Shown: piece by piece, positions 46,852 through 56,863 of the stretch
Numbering within the stretch: the first letter of the stretch is position 1
Layout: the number at the start of each line of letters is the position of its first letter
IMG/VR virus record: IMGVR_UViG_3300032007_000001
DNA from: a virus
Lineage: Duplodnaviria; Caudoviricetes
Strand: one strand, 5' to 3'
Length of the DNA stretch: 64,000 nucleotides
Notes under the pieces: model-generated
Seen by the model: only the letters and a program-made list of their open reading frames with translations
What the model was told of the DNA's origin: nothing
Database searches by the model: none
Translations under genes and position numbers: made by a program

Positions 46852-47487
46852 TTAAAACATTTGTTTGCTTTTTAATAAAGTTTTTCTTTCGTTTATAGTT
46901 TTTACTACCTTTTCGTACATATCTTGAAGTTCTATCGCTGGCATAGTTGTAAAAGAGTCATCCAATTTCTTATAGAATTCTTGCATCCATGCGAATTCTT
47001 TATCAAATAAGTATGGATATTGCTCTTTTATTAAAAATACATAATCGCGGCAGTATGAAGAACAGTAAATATTAATTTCAGGAATCGTTTTAATATTATT
47101 GTTTTGATTATTTTCCAAATTGTTTATTAATTGATTCAATTCATTAATTTTTTCGTCTTCTCCATATGATATTCCGTACCTAATTCTAAATAAATCAAAC
47201 GTCTGTTCGTAATCATCATGTTTTTCCATGTTATGAACAAACGTGACTATATTTCCAGACGCGGAACATCCAAAGCAATAATATGTTAAATGTGTTTGTA
47301 TTTCATTATTATTTTTCTTAAATCCTTTAGGATAAACAGTAAACGATGGTGTTCGTTCATTGTGAAATGGACATTTGCAACGATATATGCCATTAATTGG
47401 CTTTAATTGAATATATTCGTTCATGATTAATAAATCATCGCAATGGTCCGCAATATATTCAGTTATTTCCTTCGTTTCCTTGTCCAT
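46852..47487 (-). CDS. DnaG-type CHC2 zinc-finger protein (primase N-terminal domain only)
   Basis: CPFHNERTPSFTV...YYCFGCSASGN; no TOPRIM motifs. Confidence 0.85.
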   Translation of the reverse strand: MDKETKEITEYIADHCDDLLIMNEYIQLKPINGIYRCKCPFHNERTPSFTVYPKGFKKNNNEIQTHLTYYCFGCSASGNIVTFVHNMEKHDDYEQTFDLFRIRYGISYGEDEKINELNQLINNLENNQNNNIKTIPEINIYCSSYCRDYVFLIKEQYPYLFDKEFAWMQEFYKKLDDSFTTMPAIELQDMYEKVVKTINERKTLLKSKQMF

Positions 47488-48829
47488 TTTCTTCTACCGC
47501 TTTCGCCCACTCATTTGCGTCTCTCTCGATAATATTCATCATGGAAAACTGTTTTTCAAATTTGAATTCAAATGGTTCTCCATCCCTTGTCTTAAATGAT
47601 TCAATAATTCCGGTATGGTCTGATGTAGAACGTATTGCAATTCCCCAATCTATGTGGTCGGAGATTTGGTCTGATTCGGCAACATGTTCTGTACCAGCAT
47701 GACCGGTTTGTGTTTTTGTTTCTTCACGTCCAGCGCGAGTCATTTGTGCAGCAGATATAACAATTTTTTCCTTATCTCTGGCGAATTGTTTTAATGACAA
47801 TGCAATTGCGCCAAGGTTATCTCTTTTTACATCTGTTATCACATTGGGAGACATAATCTGAGCATAATCAACAACGACACAATCAAACACAATACCTAAA
47901 CGGTTTTCAATTTCCTCAGTTTTATTTTCTACGTATGCTGGCGTACATTTACCTGGTACGTCAACTACGTAAAAACGACCAACTGGTTTACCGTTTGGCG
48001 AGAGACCCTTCTCAAGATTGTCAAGATAATGGAAGAATTTTTCTTCTTCGACATCAGTGAGCGTTCCAAGTTTTATGCCTTTGCTTGGCACCATTGCTGC
48101 TCGTGAATCGAATCTTCTCATATAATCTTTTCTTGAGATTTCGAGTGAGAACAGGATGACATTTTTCTGTCTTCTCCACATGTGATAAGCAAAATTCAGC
48201 ATGAGGACAGACTTCCCATCACCCTTCCTACCTATAATATACACTAACTCCCCATAAGAAAAACCCCCATTACTGTCATCAATCTGTTTGAATCCAGTTG
48301 GTATTAACTTAAGGTCATTTGGGTTTTTCTTTATATGTTCATACGTTTCTTTTCGTTCTCTTACATCTTCTTCTGCTCCACCTTGACGAATATTAAATTG
48401 CCCTTCAGAAGCAAGGCTTGATATTTGATGATTTGCATCGTTAATAATATTATCTATATCTATCTCGTCTTTTGCTCCAACATCATTAGCGATATTACGC
48501 AATATATCTATGACAGAACTTTTCTTAAAGTTATTAACAACGACTTTTGAAATATATCTATATCCATTCATGGAATTTTTAACTTGCGAACTTAAATCAA
48601 TTTGTGTCAATTCCATGACCAAAGTTGTTGGGATATTTATAACGTTAGGATTAAGATGGTCTTTTACTTCATTATATGCTGCTTTTAAGATATTAAATTG
48701 TTTTCTTGTTTCTGCATTTATGAAGTATATTTCTTTTAATTCTGCCATTGCTGTTGGCAAAACATCTTGATGCTGCCATATATAACTAAGAAGTTTCTTT
48801 TCTTCCTTTAATGCATTTTCGTTAGACAT
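47459..48829 (-). CDS. dnaB: Replicative DnaB-like helicase
   Basis: IPTGF..ID...GG...GEL, GRKGDGKS, FSLE, VVVDY, LKQFA, SAAQ, ESDQI. Confidence 0.9.
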   Translation of the reverse strand: MSNENALKEEKKLLSYIWQHQDVLPTAMAELKEIYFINAETRKQFNILKAAYNEVKDHLNPNVINIPTTLVMELTQIDLSSQVKNSMNGYRYISKVVVNNFKKSSVIDILRNIANDVGAKDEIDIDNIINDANHQISSLASEGQFNIRQGGAEEDVRERKETYEHIKKNPNDLKLIPTGFKQIDDSNGGFSYGELVYIIGRKGDGKSVLMLNFAYHMWRRQKNVILFSLEISRKDYMRRFDSRAAMVPSKGIKLGTLTDVEEEKFFHYLDNLEKGLSPNGKPVGRFYVVDVPGKCTPAYVENKTEEIENRLGIVFDCVVVDYAQIMSPNVITDVKRDNLGAIALSLKQFARDKEKIVISAAQMTRAGREETKTQTGHAGTEHVAESDQISDHIDWGIAIRSTSDHTGIIESFKTRDGEPFEFKFEKQFSMMNIIERDANEWAKAVEENGQGNEGNN

Positions 48830-48844
48830 ATGTCCAATTACCTC

Positions 48845-49600
48845 TTAAAAATCTTCTTGTTCTTCAACTACTTGGTTTTCCACTCTATGATTTTCACCAA
48901 GTATTTTTATGATTTCATTGTTTGAAATAATAAAATCATGCACATCTTCCCCATAATTTTCTTTCATCTCTTTCATATCATAATTTGACGAAAGAATCAA
49001 TGGCTTACAATCATTGTCTCTCTTTCTAATAATATTTTCTAAAAATCTTTGAGAAAACCTATTATCATTTTTTCCGTTTTCATTTCCAATATTGTCTATA
49101 ATAAGCAAATCGGACTTATACAAAAATTGATTCAATTTATTCTTTTCCATGTCAAAAGACATTTTTATAATATCGGAAAATAAAGCAAATGCAACGGTAA
49201 AACATTTAAGTGTATCTTCATTATACATTGCAGATACATGTTTTGCTATTACGCATTCAGCTGTTGTTTTCCCACGGCCATGTGGACCATGAAAAAATAT
49301 TCCTCTATTATTTCTATAATTTTCTTTGAAATTATCAAAGTAATTTTTTACTCTTGGATAATAACTTTTATTCTTTAACTTCTCTTCCCACTCATCTTGT
49401 ATGAATTTCTTTGGCACTCCCCAGTCCAATAAATTCAAATTTCTTTTTATCTTTTTTATGCATTCGCATTCTTCGGATAATTGATAGTCATCATTTTCTT
49501 TTAATATATATCCTTTTCCATTGCATTTTTTGCAATTATGTTTAATGATATTATTCAATCTTCTTTCTTCTATTTTAAGTTCTTCCTCAGAAAGCAACAT
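48845..49600 (-). CDS. DnaC/IstB-like helicase loader ATPase
   Basis: CKKCNG...CEC, GPHGRGKT, LLIIDNIG.E, PLILSSN. Confidence 0.85.
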   Translation of the reverse strand: MLLSEEELKIEERRLNNIIKHNCKKCNGKGYILKENDDYQLSEECECIKKIKRNLNLLDWGVPKKFIQDEWEEKLKNKSYYPRVKNYFDNFKENYRNNRGIFFHGPHGRGKTTAECVIAKHVSAMYNEDTLKCFTVAFALFSDIIKMSFDMEKNKLNQFLYKSDLLIIDNIGNENGKNDNRFSQRFLENIIRKRDNDCKPLILSSNYDMKEMKENYGEDVHDFIISNNEIIKILGENHRVENQVVEEQEDF

Positions 49601-49607
49601 TTGTTAT

Positions 49608-50852
49608 TCATTCCTTTTTCATCCATTGTTTGAATTTATTGTATTCATTCATGACTTTCTCATAAGTAACGCTATCATTTTTATATTTTTCAAAAAGCTT
49701 CTTAAATTTTGAATTTCTGCCGCCATGATTTTTGATAAATTCAATCATTTCGTTATCTGGGTACATGCGAATTTTGTATAACCACTCGCTGTAATTATAA
49801 TTTTCATCGAATTTACCGGATAAAATAATATTTTTTAATTTTTCAAAACACTGTTGAGCTATACGATGAGAAATTTCAGTAAACTTCATATGCCCATGCA
49901 TAACTTCTTCTACATTATCATCAATTTCTCTATCAACATCATAATTTACACACGGGTCTGACGTTTCATTAATTTTATCAATATAATCATTAAACCAAAA
50001 AAGAGAATTAACATGATTGTTTATCATATAATCAACAATAGATTTTGCATTTTCAAACGTTAAATTATTCTCTTTCATTAAAGATTTGATTCTATCTACT
50101 AACTTCACAAACATTTTTTTATCAATTTTTGTATGTTTGGCATCATAGAACTTTTTGATTAAGCTTGGAATAGAATTTTTTTCGTTGATTTCTTTTGCGT
50201 ATTGATAAAATCTTTCAGCTTCTTCAATTAAAAATTTGGCATCACTAATTTTTGAATGTCCAGTTTCAGCTGTATAACGTAAAAGTTTTTTTACAAATTC
50301 TGGTTCCAATTGATGTTTGAAGTATAAGCTTTTAATAGAAGATGTAGCAATAATAGAATTATATTCTTCAACACCAGCCAATTCATAAAAATATTTTACA
50401 AGATTTAATGGCTTGAATTCGGTATCTAATTCTTTTACATATTTTTTTTCATATTTCTTTTTGAATTGCTTTGCTTCTAATATTTGCTTATATTTTTCGG
50501 CTTCTGCTTTTTGTTTTTCTAGTTTTGCTAATTTTTTAGCTTCTATCTTTTCATTTTTTTCAGCTTGTTTTAATGCCGCTTCTTCAAGTTTTTCTTGTTG
50601 CTTCTTTTCTTTTTCTTCTTTCTTTTGTTTTTCCAAATATCCCTTATAGTCAGAAATTGACAAAGCTACATCAATAGTTTTGTCAATTATTTCTTTATGA
50701 TTATCATATACTTCTTGAAAGTCTTTGTTTGATTTTTTATCTAACTTAATCAATTCTTTTAAAAACTGGTGTTTGTTGTCTCCAGATTTCAAATGATTTC
50801 CTAATTTAATAGGAGTCTCAAATTCTTGTTCGCATAATGGACATACATACAT
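49608..50852 (-). CDS. Zn-finger protein in the replication operon (possible initiator)
   Basis: N-terminal CPLC...HL....H; position upstream of loader/helicase/primase. Confidence 0.55.
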   Translation of the reverse strand: MYVCPLCEQEFETPIKLGNHLKSGDNKHQFLKELIKLDKKSNKDFQEVYDNHKEIIDKTIDVALSISDYKGYLEKQKKEEKEKKQQEKLEEAALKQAEKNEKIEAKKLAKLEKQKAEAEKYKQILEAKQFKKKYEKKYVKELDTEFKPLNLVKYFYELAGVEEYNSIIATSSIKSLYFKHQLEPEFVKKLLRYTAETGHSKISDAKFLIEEAERFYQYAKEINEKNSIPSLIKKFYDAKHTKIDKKMFVKLVDRIKSLMKENNLTFENAKSIVDYMINNHVNSLFWFNDYIDKINETSDPCVNYDVDREIDDNVEEVMHGHMKFTEISHRIAQQCFEKLKNIILSGKFDENYNYSEWLYKIRMYPDNEMIEFIKNHGGRNSKFKKLFEKYKNDSVTYEKVMNEYNKFKQWMKKE

Positions 50853-50960
50853 TTTGATTCTCTCCTTTGCAAAATGTCATAAATTATTCTATTCATTTGT
50901 TTTTACATAAAAAATTAAGAGAGACTTTATAGTCTCTCTTTTATTAAGAAGAGTAATTAA

Positions 50961-51269
50961 TTACTCTTCTTCTCTCATATCTGTTATTGAACGCACATAT
51001 TCTTGATATTCATCTTCATATCTTTGCATTTCGCTTTTCATCCATCTTTTTACATCAATTGCAGTTCCTTCACAAAGCGTATTATCATTTTCATCTGTTA
51101 TAAAGTAATAATTGTCCCCTTTTCTTTTAGTCAATTTGAATGGTCTAAACTTATCGTTTTGCCAATCCTTATAATTTAAGGAACTATTTAAGACTTCAAT
51201 GTATCTATCCCATAAATTAAAAACACTATTATTGACTCTATTAGTAACATCTTCACCTAAACGTTTCAT
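50961..51269 (-). CDS. Hypothetical protein (MKRLG leader)
   Basis: AAGGTGA SD. Confidence 0.65.
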   Translation of the reverse strand: MKRLGEDVTNRVNNSVFNLWDRYIEVLNSSLNYKDWQNDKFRPFKLTKRKGDNYYFITDENDNTLCEGTAIDVKRWMKSEMQRYEDEYQEYVRSITDMREEE

Positions 51270-51392
51270 ATATATCACCTTTTTCATTTAATTTAATTTC
51301 TATTTTTGAAAAATAATTTTTATTTAATATGTAGATTTTATAAAAAAATATACATTTAACTATAAAAAATAAATCCATTATTGGATTCCATC

Positions 51393-51614
51393 CTAATCGG
51401 CACGATGAGGATTTATGACAATTCGCTTTGTAATTACCAGATATAATCCAATTATTCCAGCCGCAATCCAGCGTCCAAACATCATATACTGAACATCACA
51501 AAAAGGATATGCACACCAAATGACTGTAAGAAGGATTGCAATTAAAGCACATAAGAACGTAAAAACAGCTAGACTGGAAATCAATTTACATCCTCGAATA
51601 AAATTTGATGCCAC
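51393..51614 (-). CDS. Small two-TM membrane protein
   Basis: AAAGGAG SD, two hydrophobic helices. Confidence 0.6.
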   Translation of the reverse strand: MASNFIRGCKLISSLAVFTFLCALIAILLTVIWCAYPFCDVQYMMFGRWIAAGIIGLYLVITKRIVINPHRAD

Positions 51615-51695
51615 ATTTTCAACTCCTTTTTTAAAAAATTTTTACTTGTAAATTATATATTCTAACCCATGTAACTTCAACTTCTTTTTGAATAA

Positions 51696-53561
51696 TCATA
51701 CATTTACCACAAACTCTCTAATATCCCATTCTTCTTCTGTCTCATACATTTTTCGTCTTACTTTTGTTTGTCTTTTAAACATTGGAGTTTCATCATCAAA
51801 ATCAAATACAAAAGCTTTTGTTTTTCCAGGGTATAAACGTAATACTCTGCCAATTCTCTGGAAAGCTCTTGTAGAAGATTTTCCAGCGCCAGCTAAAATT
51901 AATGTATCTAAATTTGGTAAATCTAATCCTTCATCTGCAATTACGCTTGCAATCAATATTTTACAAACTCCTTGTTTTACACCTTCTATAACAGCCTGTC
52001 TTTGTTTTGTTGAATCTTTACCAGAAAGAAATTCTATATTAGACACTTCCAATGTATCTTCCAATCCAGATTTTGGGTCTATAAATGTAACATTTTGTTT
52101 TGTTTCACCAATAATATGCAATAATTTATCTCTTAAAAATTCTCCATGTCTTACTAATTTTACAAGAATCAAAATCGTACGATTTCTTTTATATAATTGA
52201 TAAGCTATTTTGCATACCATTTTATTTCTTGGAGTATTGTCTACTATCGCTTTTTCATATAAATCTTGATAATTTTTTCCTTTGAAAAAGCCATGTACAG
52301 GAACAAAATAAATCGTAGGCTTTACTAAATATCCTAATTGAATTAATTTAGAAGCATTAATATCATTTTCGTGATTTCTACGATTTAATATTGCTTCTAT
52401 AAGCATATCATCTCCGCTATCTCTCCACGGTGTCGCAGAAACGCCAATTCTATAATATGCATCTTTACACATAATGGAAGTTTTTAAGCATGTATCTGCA
52501 GCACAATGATGACAATTGCTTACCAAAATTCCATTAGCAAAGAAATTATGGTTCTTTTCTACAGTGATATCATATACATATTCTATTCTTGAAGCCACAT
52601 TGACAGCATTTAAAACAATACCATGAATAATATCCTTTCCATCAAACAAAATCACTTCTGTGTCCTTCTGAAGGTGTTCTGTGCGGATATATTTATTGTC
52701 TGAATAAGAAAATATTTTGTGATTATGCGTACACATTAAATTGTACGTTTTTTTATTAAAGTCTTTTATAGAAATAGAGTAAATTTTTCTTTCACCAATT
52801 GGTTGTTCCATATAATTGATGATTTTATTTTCTTCCAATGAACCGGTAGAAACATTATATGTCATTACATTGGCGTTGATTCTATTTCTTACTATTTCTC
52901 CAATTTTCATATTCGACCCATCTGACATTAGAACGTTTACATTTGCAGGTAAACATTCATCAATCATTATCATTTTGGCTTGCTTACATAAATCTTCATC
53001 AGCCGATTGTATTGACATAACAGTAATATCTTGTGGGTCATATATACCATCGCCAATAAAGCCAATCTTTCTGCCGAGAAATTTTTCAAATTCTGATTTT
53101 AATTGATTGCATAATGTAATTTTATCAGCAAAAACGCAGACTGGAGATACTTTATATTTTGCTATCAATCCAGCCATGATAAAAGTTTTCCCTGCACCAG
53201 TTGCAGCTTGAATCGTTTCTCTTTCGTTACATCTATCTATAATTTCTTGCTGATATGGACGTACTACCAATGGAGTATCTCCAATTTTTTCTACCAATTC
53301 ATAATCAGCATTTTGTTCTGGTTTTACTCTTAAATCTTTTATTTTATATGGAATATTACAATCGTTGCAAAAATCTATAACGTTATGTATGAGTCCTGCA
53401 TATGTTTTTAACGTTTTCTTATTAAAAACATGACGATATCTGACTTCACGCATACCAAAAACTTCTACTTTGAAGCTTAATTTTGCCCAAAGATTTGAAG
53501 CTTGGTCTTTTGTCAAGCCAATTACTTTTACATATACATTGTCTAATTCTAATGTTACCAC
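51696..53561 (-). CDS. SF2 DExH helicase (UvsW/ResIII-like) with intein
   Basis: RPYQ, ATGAGKT, DE|CHH, GVSATPWR, EGLDLP.L, QRIGRVLR. Confidence 0.92.
   Translation of the reverse strand: MVTLELDNVYVKVIGLTKDQASNLWAKLSFKVEVFGMREVRYRHVFNKKTLKTYAGLIHNVIDFCNDCNIPYKIKDLRVKPEQNADYELVEKIGDTPLVVRPYQQEIIDRCNERETIQAATGAGKTFIMAGLIAKYKVSPVCVFADKITLCNQLKSEFEKFLGRKIGFIGDGIYDPQDITVMSIQSADEDLCKQAKMIMIDECLPANVNVLMSDGSNMKIGEIVRNRINANVMTYNVSTGSLEENKIINYMEQPIGERKIYSISIKDFNKKTYNLMCTHNHKIFSYSDNKYIRTEHLQKDTEVILFDGKDIIHGIVLNAVNVASRIEYVYDITVEKNHNFFANGILVSNCHHCAADTCLKTSIMCKDAYYRIGVSATPWRDSGDDMLIEAILNRRNHENDINASKLIQLGYLVKPTIYFVPVHGFFKGKNYQDLYEKAIVDNTPRNKMVCKIAYQLYKRNRTILILVKLVRHGEFLRDKLLHIIGETKQNVTFIDPKSGLEDTLEVSNIEFLSGKDSTKQRQAVIEGVKQGVCKILIASVIADEGLDLPNLDTLILAGAGKSSTRAFQRIGRVLRLYPGKTKAFVFDFDDETPMFKRQTKVRRKMYETEEEWDIREFVVNV
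52515..52955 (-). mobile_element. 147 aa mini-intein in helicase motif II
   Basis: CLPANVNVLMSDG ... CTHNHKIF ... VYDITVEKNHNFFANGILVSN|C; no endonuclease domain. Confidence 0.92.
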
Positions 53562-53953
53562 GCTGAACGCGTCCTCCTTGTAGAAGATATTTCCATTTGC
53601 AAGGCTATATATTTTTGAATTTTTTCCAATTCTTCTCTATTTATCGTTTCATATATCCAATCTTTATTAAGAACTCCGGTAATCACTTCATATAATTCTT
53701 CTATTGTATATTTTCTTCTTGTATATAAAGGATTACCTTCAAATTCTTCGTTTTTTGCATATTTTTTAACTTTTGGAATAACGCCTTCTCTTTCCCAACG
53801 TCTTATTGTTGATGTCTTTTTACCAAATAATGTAGCTACTTCTGATATAGTGAACATTTCACCTTCCAATATTTTTCTATATATTTCTTGGTGTCTTTCT
53901 TTTTCTTTTCTTTCACCATATCTTTTTCTTTGTTCTTCTTTTGATATAGCCAT
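53555..53953 (-). CDS. MerR-type HTH DNA-binding protein
   Basis: FTISEVATLFGKKTSTIRRWEREGVIP...RKYT. Confidence 0.8.
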   Translation of the reverse strand: MAISKEEQRKRYGERKEKERHQEIYRKILEGEMFTISEVATLFGKKTSTIRRWEREGVIPKVKKYAKNEEFEGNPLYTRRKYTIEELYEVITGVLNKDWIYETINREELEKIQKYIALQMEISSTRRTRSAW

Positions 53954-54057
53954 GCGTTATTCACCTCACAAGCTATTCTATACAAAACATTTATTTTCTA
54001 AATCAAAATATAAAAGAGCAAAGGCAATTAACACCTTTGCTCTAATCAAAATGAATT

Positions 54058-54477
54058 TTAAGGTTCAAGACTATCAGTTGCAGTATTTACTATATTTTTT
54101 ATTTTTTCTTTTTGAGTTTTATCCATTATTTTTATTGTTCTTTCTAAGAAATTCAAAAAATCATCATCATCTCTAATAAACATTGATTCATATTTGTGAA
54201 CTTCTCTTAAATGTTGTTCTACAAATTTATTCAACGTTTCGTTCCAAAGTTTTTTTGCATCATCCATTGATTTTGAACTTATACATGCATAATCAAATTC
54301 ATAAAAGTCAGTTATAAATTTTTCTATATTTCGTTCGTCTATAAGTATTTCTCTTGTTTCTTCCGTTACAGTTTCGTCATCAATAAAAAATGCATATTTA
54401 TTATTTTCTCTTGGATATGCTTCGCTTTGAAAAAACTGAATGCCATTTCTATTTTTACCTATCAAATATAACGTCAT
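54058..54477 (-). CDS. Hypothetical protein
   Basis: 139 aa, GAGG SD. Confidence 0.65.
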   Translation of the reverse strand: MTLYLIGKNRNGIQFFQSEAYPRENNKYAFFIDDETVTEETREILIDERNIEKFITDFYEFDYACISSKSMDDAKKLWNETLNKFVEQHLREVHKYESMFIRDDDDFLNFLERTIKIMDKTQKEKIKNIVNTATDSLEP

Positions 54478-54491
54478 TTATTTCATTCCTC

Positions 54492-54788
54492 TCAAAAATA
54501 CTTTTTAGCTTCTTCAAAGAAATCATTAAATGCTTTTTGAAGTTGTTCAATTTCTTCTACATCTTGTACCATCATGGAAAATCCATTTTTAGTTGGTCCA
54601 TCATATGTATCGTTTTTGATAAACTGACGCATGTTAAGATAACGATTACCATTATTTTTGCTTTCTTGCAATGCGAAATCAATTCTCATTTCTGGATTTT
54701 GTTGAAGAGTTTTTGTTACAATTTTGTTAATGGATTGTGCGAACTTCTCAGGATTTTTCTTAGCCAATTTTAATGTCCCCTTTCTCAA
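54492..54788 (-). CDS. PC4/YdbC-like ssDNA-binding protein
   Basis: GNRYLNMRQF.......GPTKNGFS pattern. Confidence 0.6.
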   Translation of the reverse strand: MRKGTLKLAKKNPEKFAQSINKIVTKTLQQNPEMRIDFALQESKNNGNRYLNMRQFIKNDTYDGPTKNGFSMMVQDVEEIEQLQKAFNDFFEEAKKYF

Positions 54789-54960
54789 CTGGTTCCAATG
54801 CTGATTCTTTTATGTTTGTATAGCTTAATTTACCATTATCAATGAAATAAGTATTATCATCAAAAATTTGTATGATTTTATATGTGCTATCATCGTATGG
54901 GTGTTTTTTGAATTTCACACTATCATTTATTCTAAACAAATGTTTTCCTAAACGTTTCAT
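54760..54960 (-). CDS. Small SH3-like hypothetical protein (MKRLG leader)
   Basis: FRINDSVKF...YKII...YFID...IKESALE. Confidence 0.55.
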   Translation of the reverse strand: MKRLGKHLFRINDSVKFKKHPYDDSTYKIIQIFDDNTYFIDNGKLSYTNIKESALEPVEKGDIKIG

Positions 54961-55406
54961 CTTCCATTTTTCACCAACCACTCTTTTACTATATCCCAAA
55001 CAACATAATCAATATCTTGTGCAATTGAATAATCATAATTCAACAACAAAACATAATCACAATTCATAAAAATATTTTTATTTTCAACTTTCATATCATT
55101 TAATTTATAAAACTTAAAAGAATTTTCACCATTTAAGTTTACAAATTGAACGCACGATATTTTTAATGAATTTTTTTTATCTTCAAATTTTTCGACGCAA
55201 TGACACAATTTACCATTAATAATTTCCTCATCAAAAAGATATGATATATTACCAAATTGTAATCTTAAAAACCCATTACTTTCATTACAAGACAAAAATT
55301 GGATATCATTGAATCCATTTGAAATATTAGATAAGACATCGGATAATTCATTGAATATATTTTGTTTTAATATTGTTACAATATTTTCATTGATTTTCAT
55401 ATTCAA
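54957..55406 (-). CDS. Hypothetical protein
   Basis: AAGGAGG SD, promoter at 55427-55455. Confidence 0.65.
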   Translation of the reverse strand: MNMKINENIVTILKQNIFNELSDVLSNISNGFNDIQFLSCNESNGFLRLQFGNISYLFDEEIINGKLCHCVEKFEDKKNSLKISCVQFVNLNGENSFKFYKLNDMKVENKNIFMNCDYVLLLNYDYSIAQDIDYVVWDIVKEWLVKNGR

Positions 55407-55426
55407 TCAACCTCCTTTTTATCTAT

Positions 55427-55455
55427 ATTTTAATACATTTTTATCAATTTGTAAA
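55427..55455 (-). promoter_or_regulatory. SigA-type promoter
   Basis: TTTACA-17nt-TAAAAT. Confidence 0.65.
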
Positions 55456-55463
55456 TAGAAAAA

Positions 55464-55886
55464 TTAAATTTTTTCTATAAGAAATCCATTGATTACAACA
55501 TCGGATGTATTAAAATTTTTATTTTGACCATCAAATATTCTACCACCAGAAAATCTATTATCTTTTGCTTTAGTGAAAATATTATCTTCCACTTCTTTTG
55601 CAAAAATAACTGTTTTATACCCATTTCCAAGTTGTTTTGAATTAAATTGAAAAAATTCAACAACACAAAAATGTTCTATACCATTTTGGTCAAAATAATG
55701 TCCTTTCATTCCTTGCATCGCATAATCTTCTTTTGGATGAGGTGGAGGTCCTTTCTTAAAATCATCTAAGCTAAAACCGTTTTGATTATTTTTTATAAAT
55801 TCTTTTACTTCATCAAATGAAATTATATTTCCAGTTTGGTCGCTTGGAAAAGCTATTTTTTTTAATCTTTTCAATTTAATCACCAA
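55464..55886 (-). CDS. Hypothetical protein (KRLKKIA leader)
   Basis: 140 aa. Confidence 0.65.
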   Translation of the reverse strand: MVIKLKRLKKIAFPSDQTGNIISFDEVKEFIKNNQNGFSLDDFKKGPPPHPKEDYAMQGMKGHYFDQNGIEHFCVVEFFQFNSKQLGNGYKTVIFAKEVEDNIFTKAKDNRFSGGRIFDGQNKNFNTSDVVINGFLIEKI

Positions 55887-56463
55887 TCATGCCTTTTAAG
55901 TCAATTACTATAGGTTCTTTGGGTTCACAATAATTATAATAAATATTGCAAAGATAATTTGTTTCAGATAAAATACTGCAATTGTTTCTTTCTTTTATAT
56001 CGTAAAAAACTCTTTCTACGAATTCCTTTGTATGAGGATGCATAAGCTTCTTTAATATTTTATTCTTTTCCCACCATTCCCATTCATCTTCAAAAGAAAA
56101 ATGTTTTCCGTGATAAGCCTTTCCTGCTCCGAGCCAATCGCAAATCAATTCCAACGCATCATAAAATGGCATTTTGCATATTACAATAGTATTGTCTGTC
56201 CTCATTATATAATGCTCAAAATGATGAGAATTAAAATTTTGATGATGAATCCAAGCTTTACTATATTTTTTTTCTTTTTTACAAGCTTCTATTGGAGATT
56301 CATTATCGTTATAATATTTTACAGATTCAAAAAATTCAATTGGATGGAATTTACTCAAATCATGTTTTATTCCTCTCCAATATAATCCAGCCATAAAACA
56401 ATATACCATAACATAATATTTGTGTATGCATATTTTCTTAAAATGCTTCAAATAGTTATTCAA
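55876..56463 (-). CDS. DUF5662-like HD-fold protein
   Basis: HK..V...G..HDLSKF...EF...AW.HH...N.HH.EH...MP....E.ICDW.GA. Confidence 0.75.
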   Translation of the reverse strand: MNNYLKHFKKICIHKYYVMVYCFMAGLYWRGIKHDLSKFHPIEFFESVKYYNDNESPIEACKKEKKYSKAWIHHQNFNSHHFEHYIMRTDNTIVICKMPFYDALELICDWLGAGKAYHGKHFSFEDEWEWWEKNKILKKLMHPHTKEFVERVFYDIKERNNCSILSETNYLCNIYYNYCEPKEPIVIDLKGMIGD

Positions 56464-56863
56464 CGTTATTAACCTTCTTGTTCAAAATTTTCAATAAATC
56501 ATCAATGCCAAATTCTAAATAGCTTTCATCAACATGAAATTCTCTAAAAATGATTTGCAATAACATTTTTTCTTGTTCATATGTAATTGTATCGTAACTT
56601 TTTAATGAATAAAAGAAAGTTCTTATAATCCCTTTATTCATTTTGCACCAATCAATAATTGATTTTGTATTTATTTTATGAATTACTGGTTTTGTTGTTT
56701 TGCGCTTAGCAAACGCTTCGTAAGCACTTTGTTTTGATGAATATCCAAAACTACAATTATCAGCTAAAATCTCTCCAGTGTTTTTATCAACTATAACGTA
56801 CTTTTTTTCATTGATTTTTGTAGCTACAATATTCATTACAATCACCTCAACAAAACAAAGCAT
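56456..56863 (-). CDS. Hypothetical protein
   Basis: YVIVD..TGEIL.D...GY.S...A pattern. Confidence 0.6.
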   Translation of the reverse strand: MLCFVEVIVMNIVATKINEKKYVIVDKNTGEILADNCSFGYSSKQSAYEAFAKRKTTKPVIHKINTKSIIDWCKMNKGIIRTFFYSLKSYDTITYEQEKMLLQIIFREFHVDESYLEFGIDDLLKILNKKVNNVE

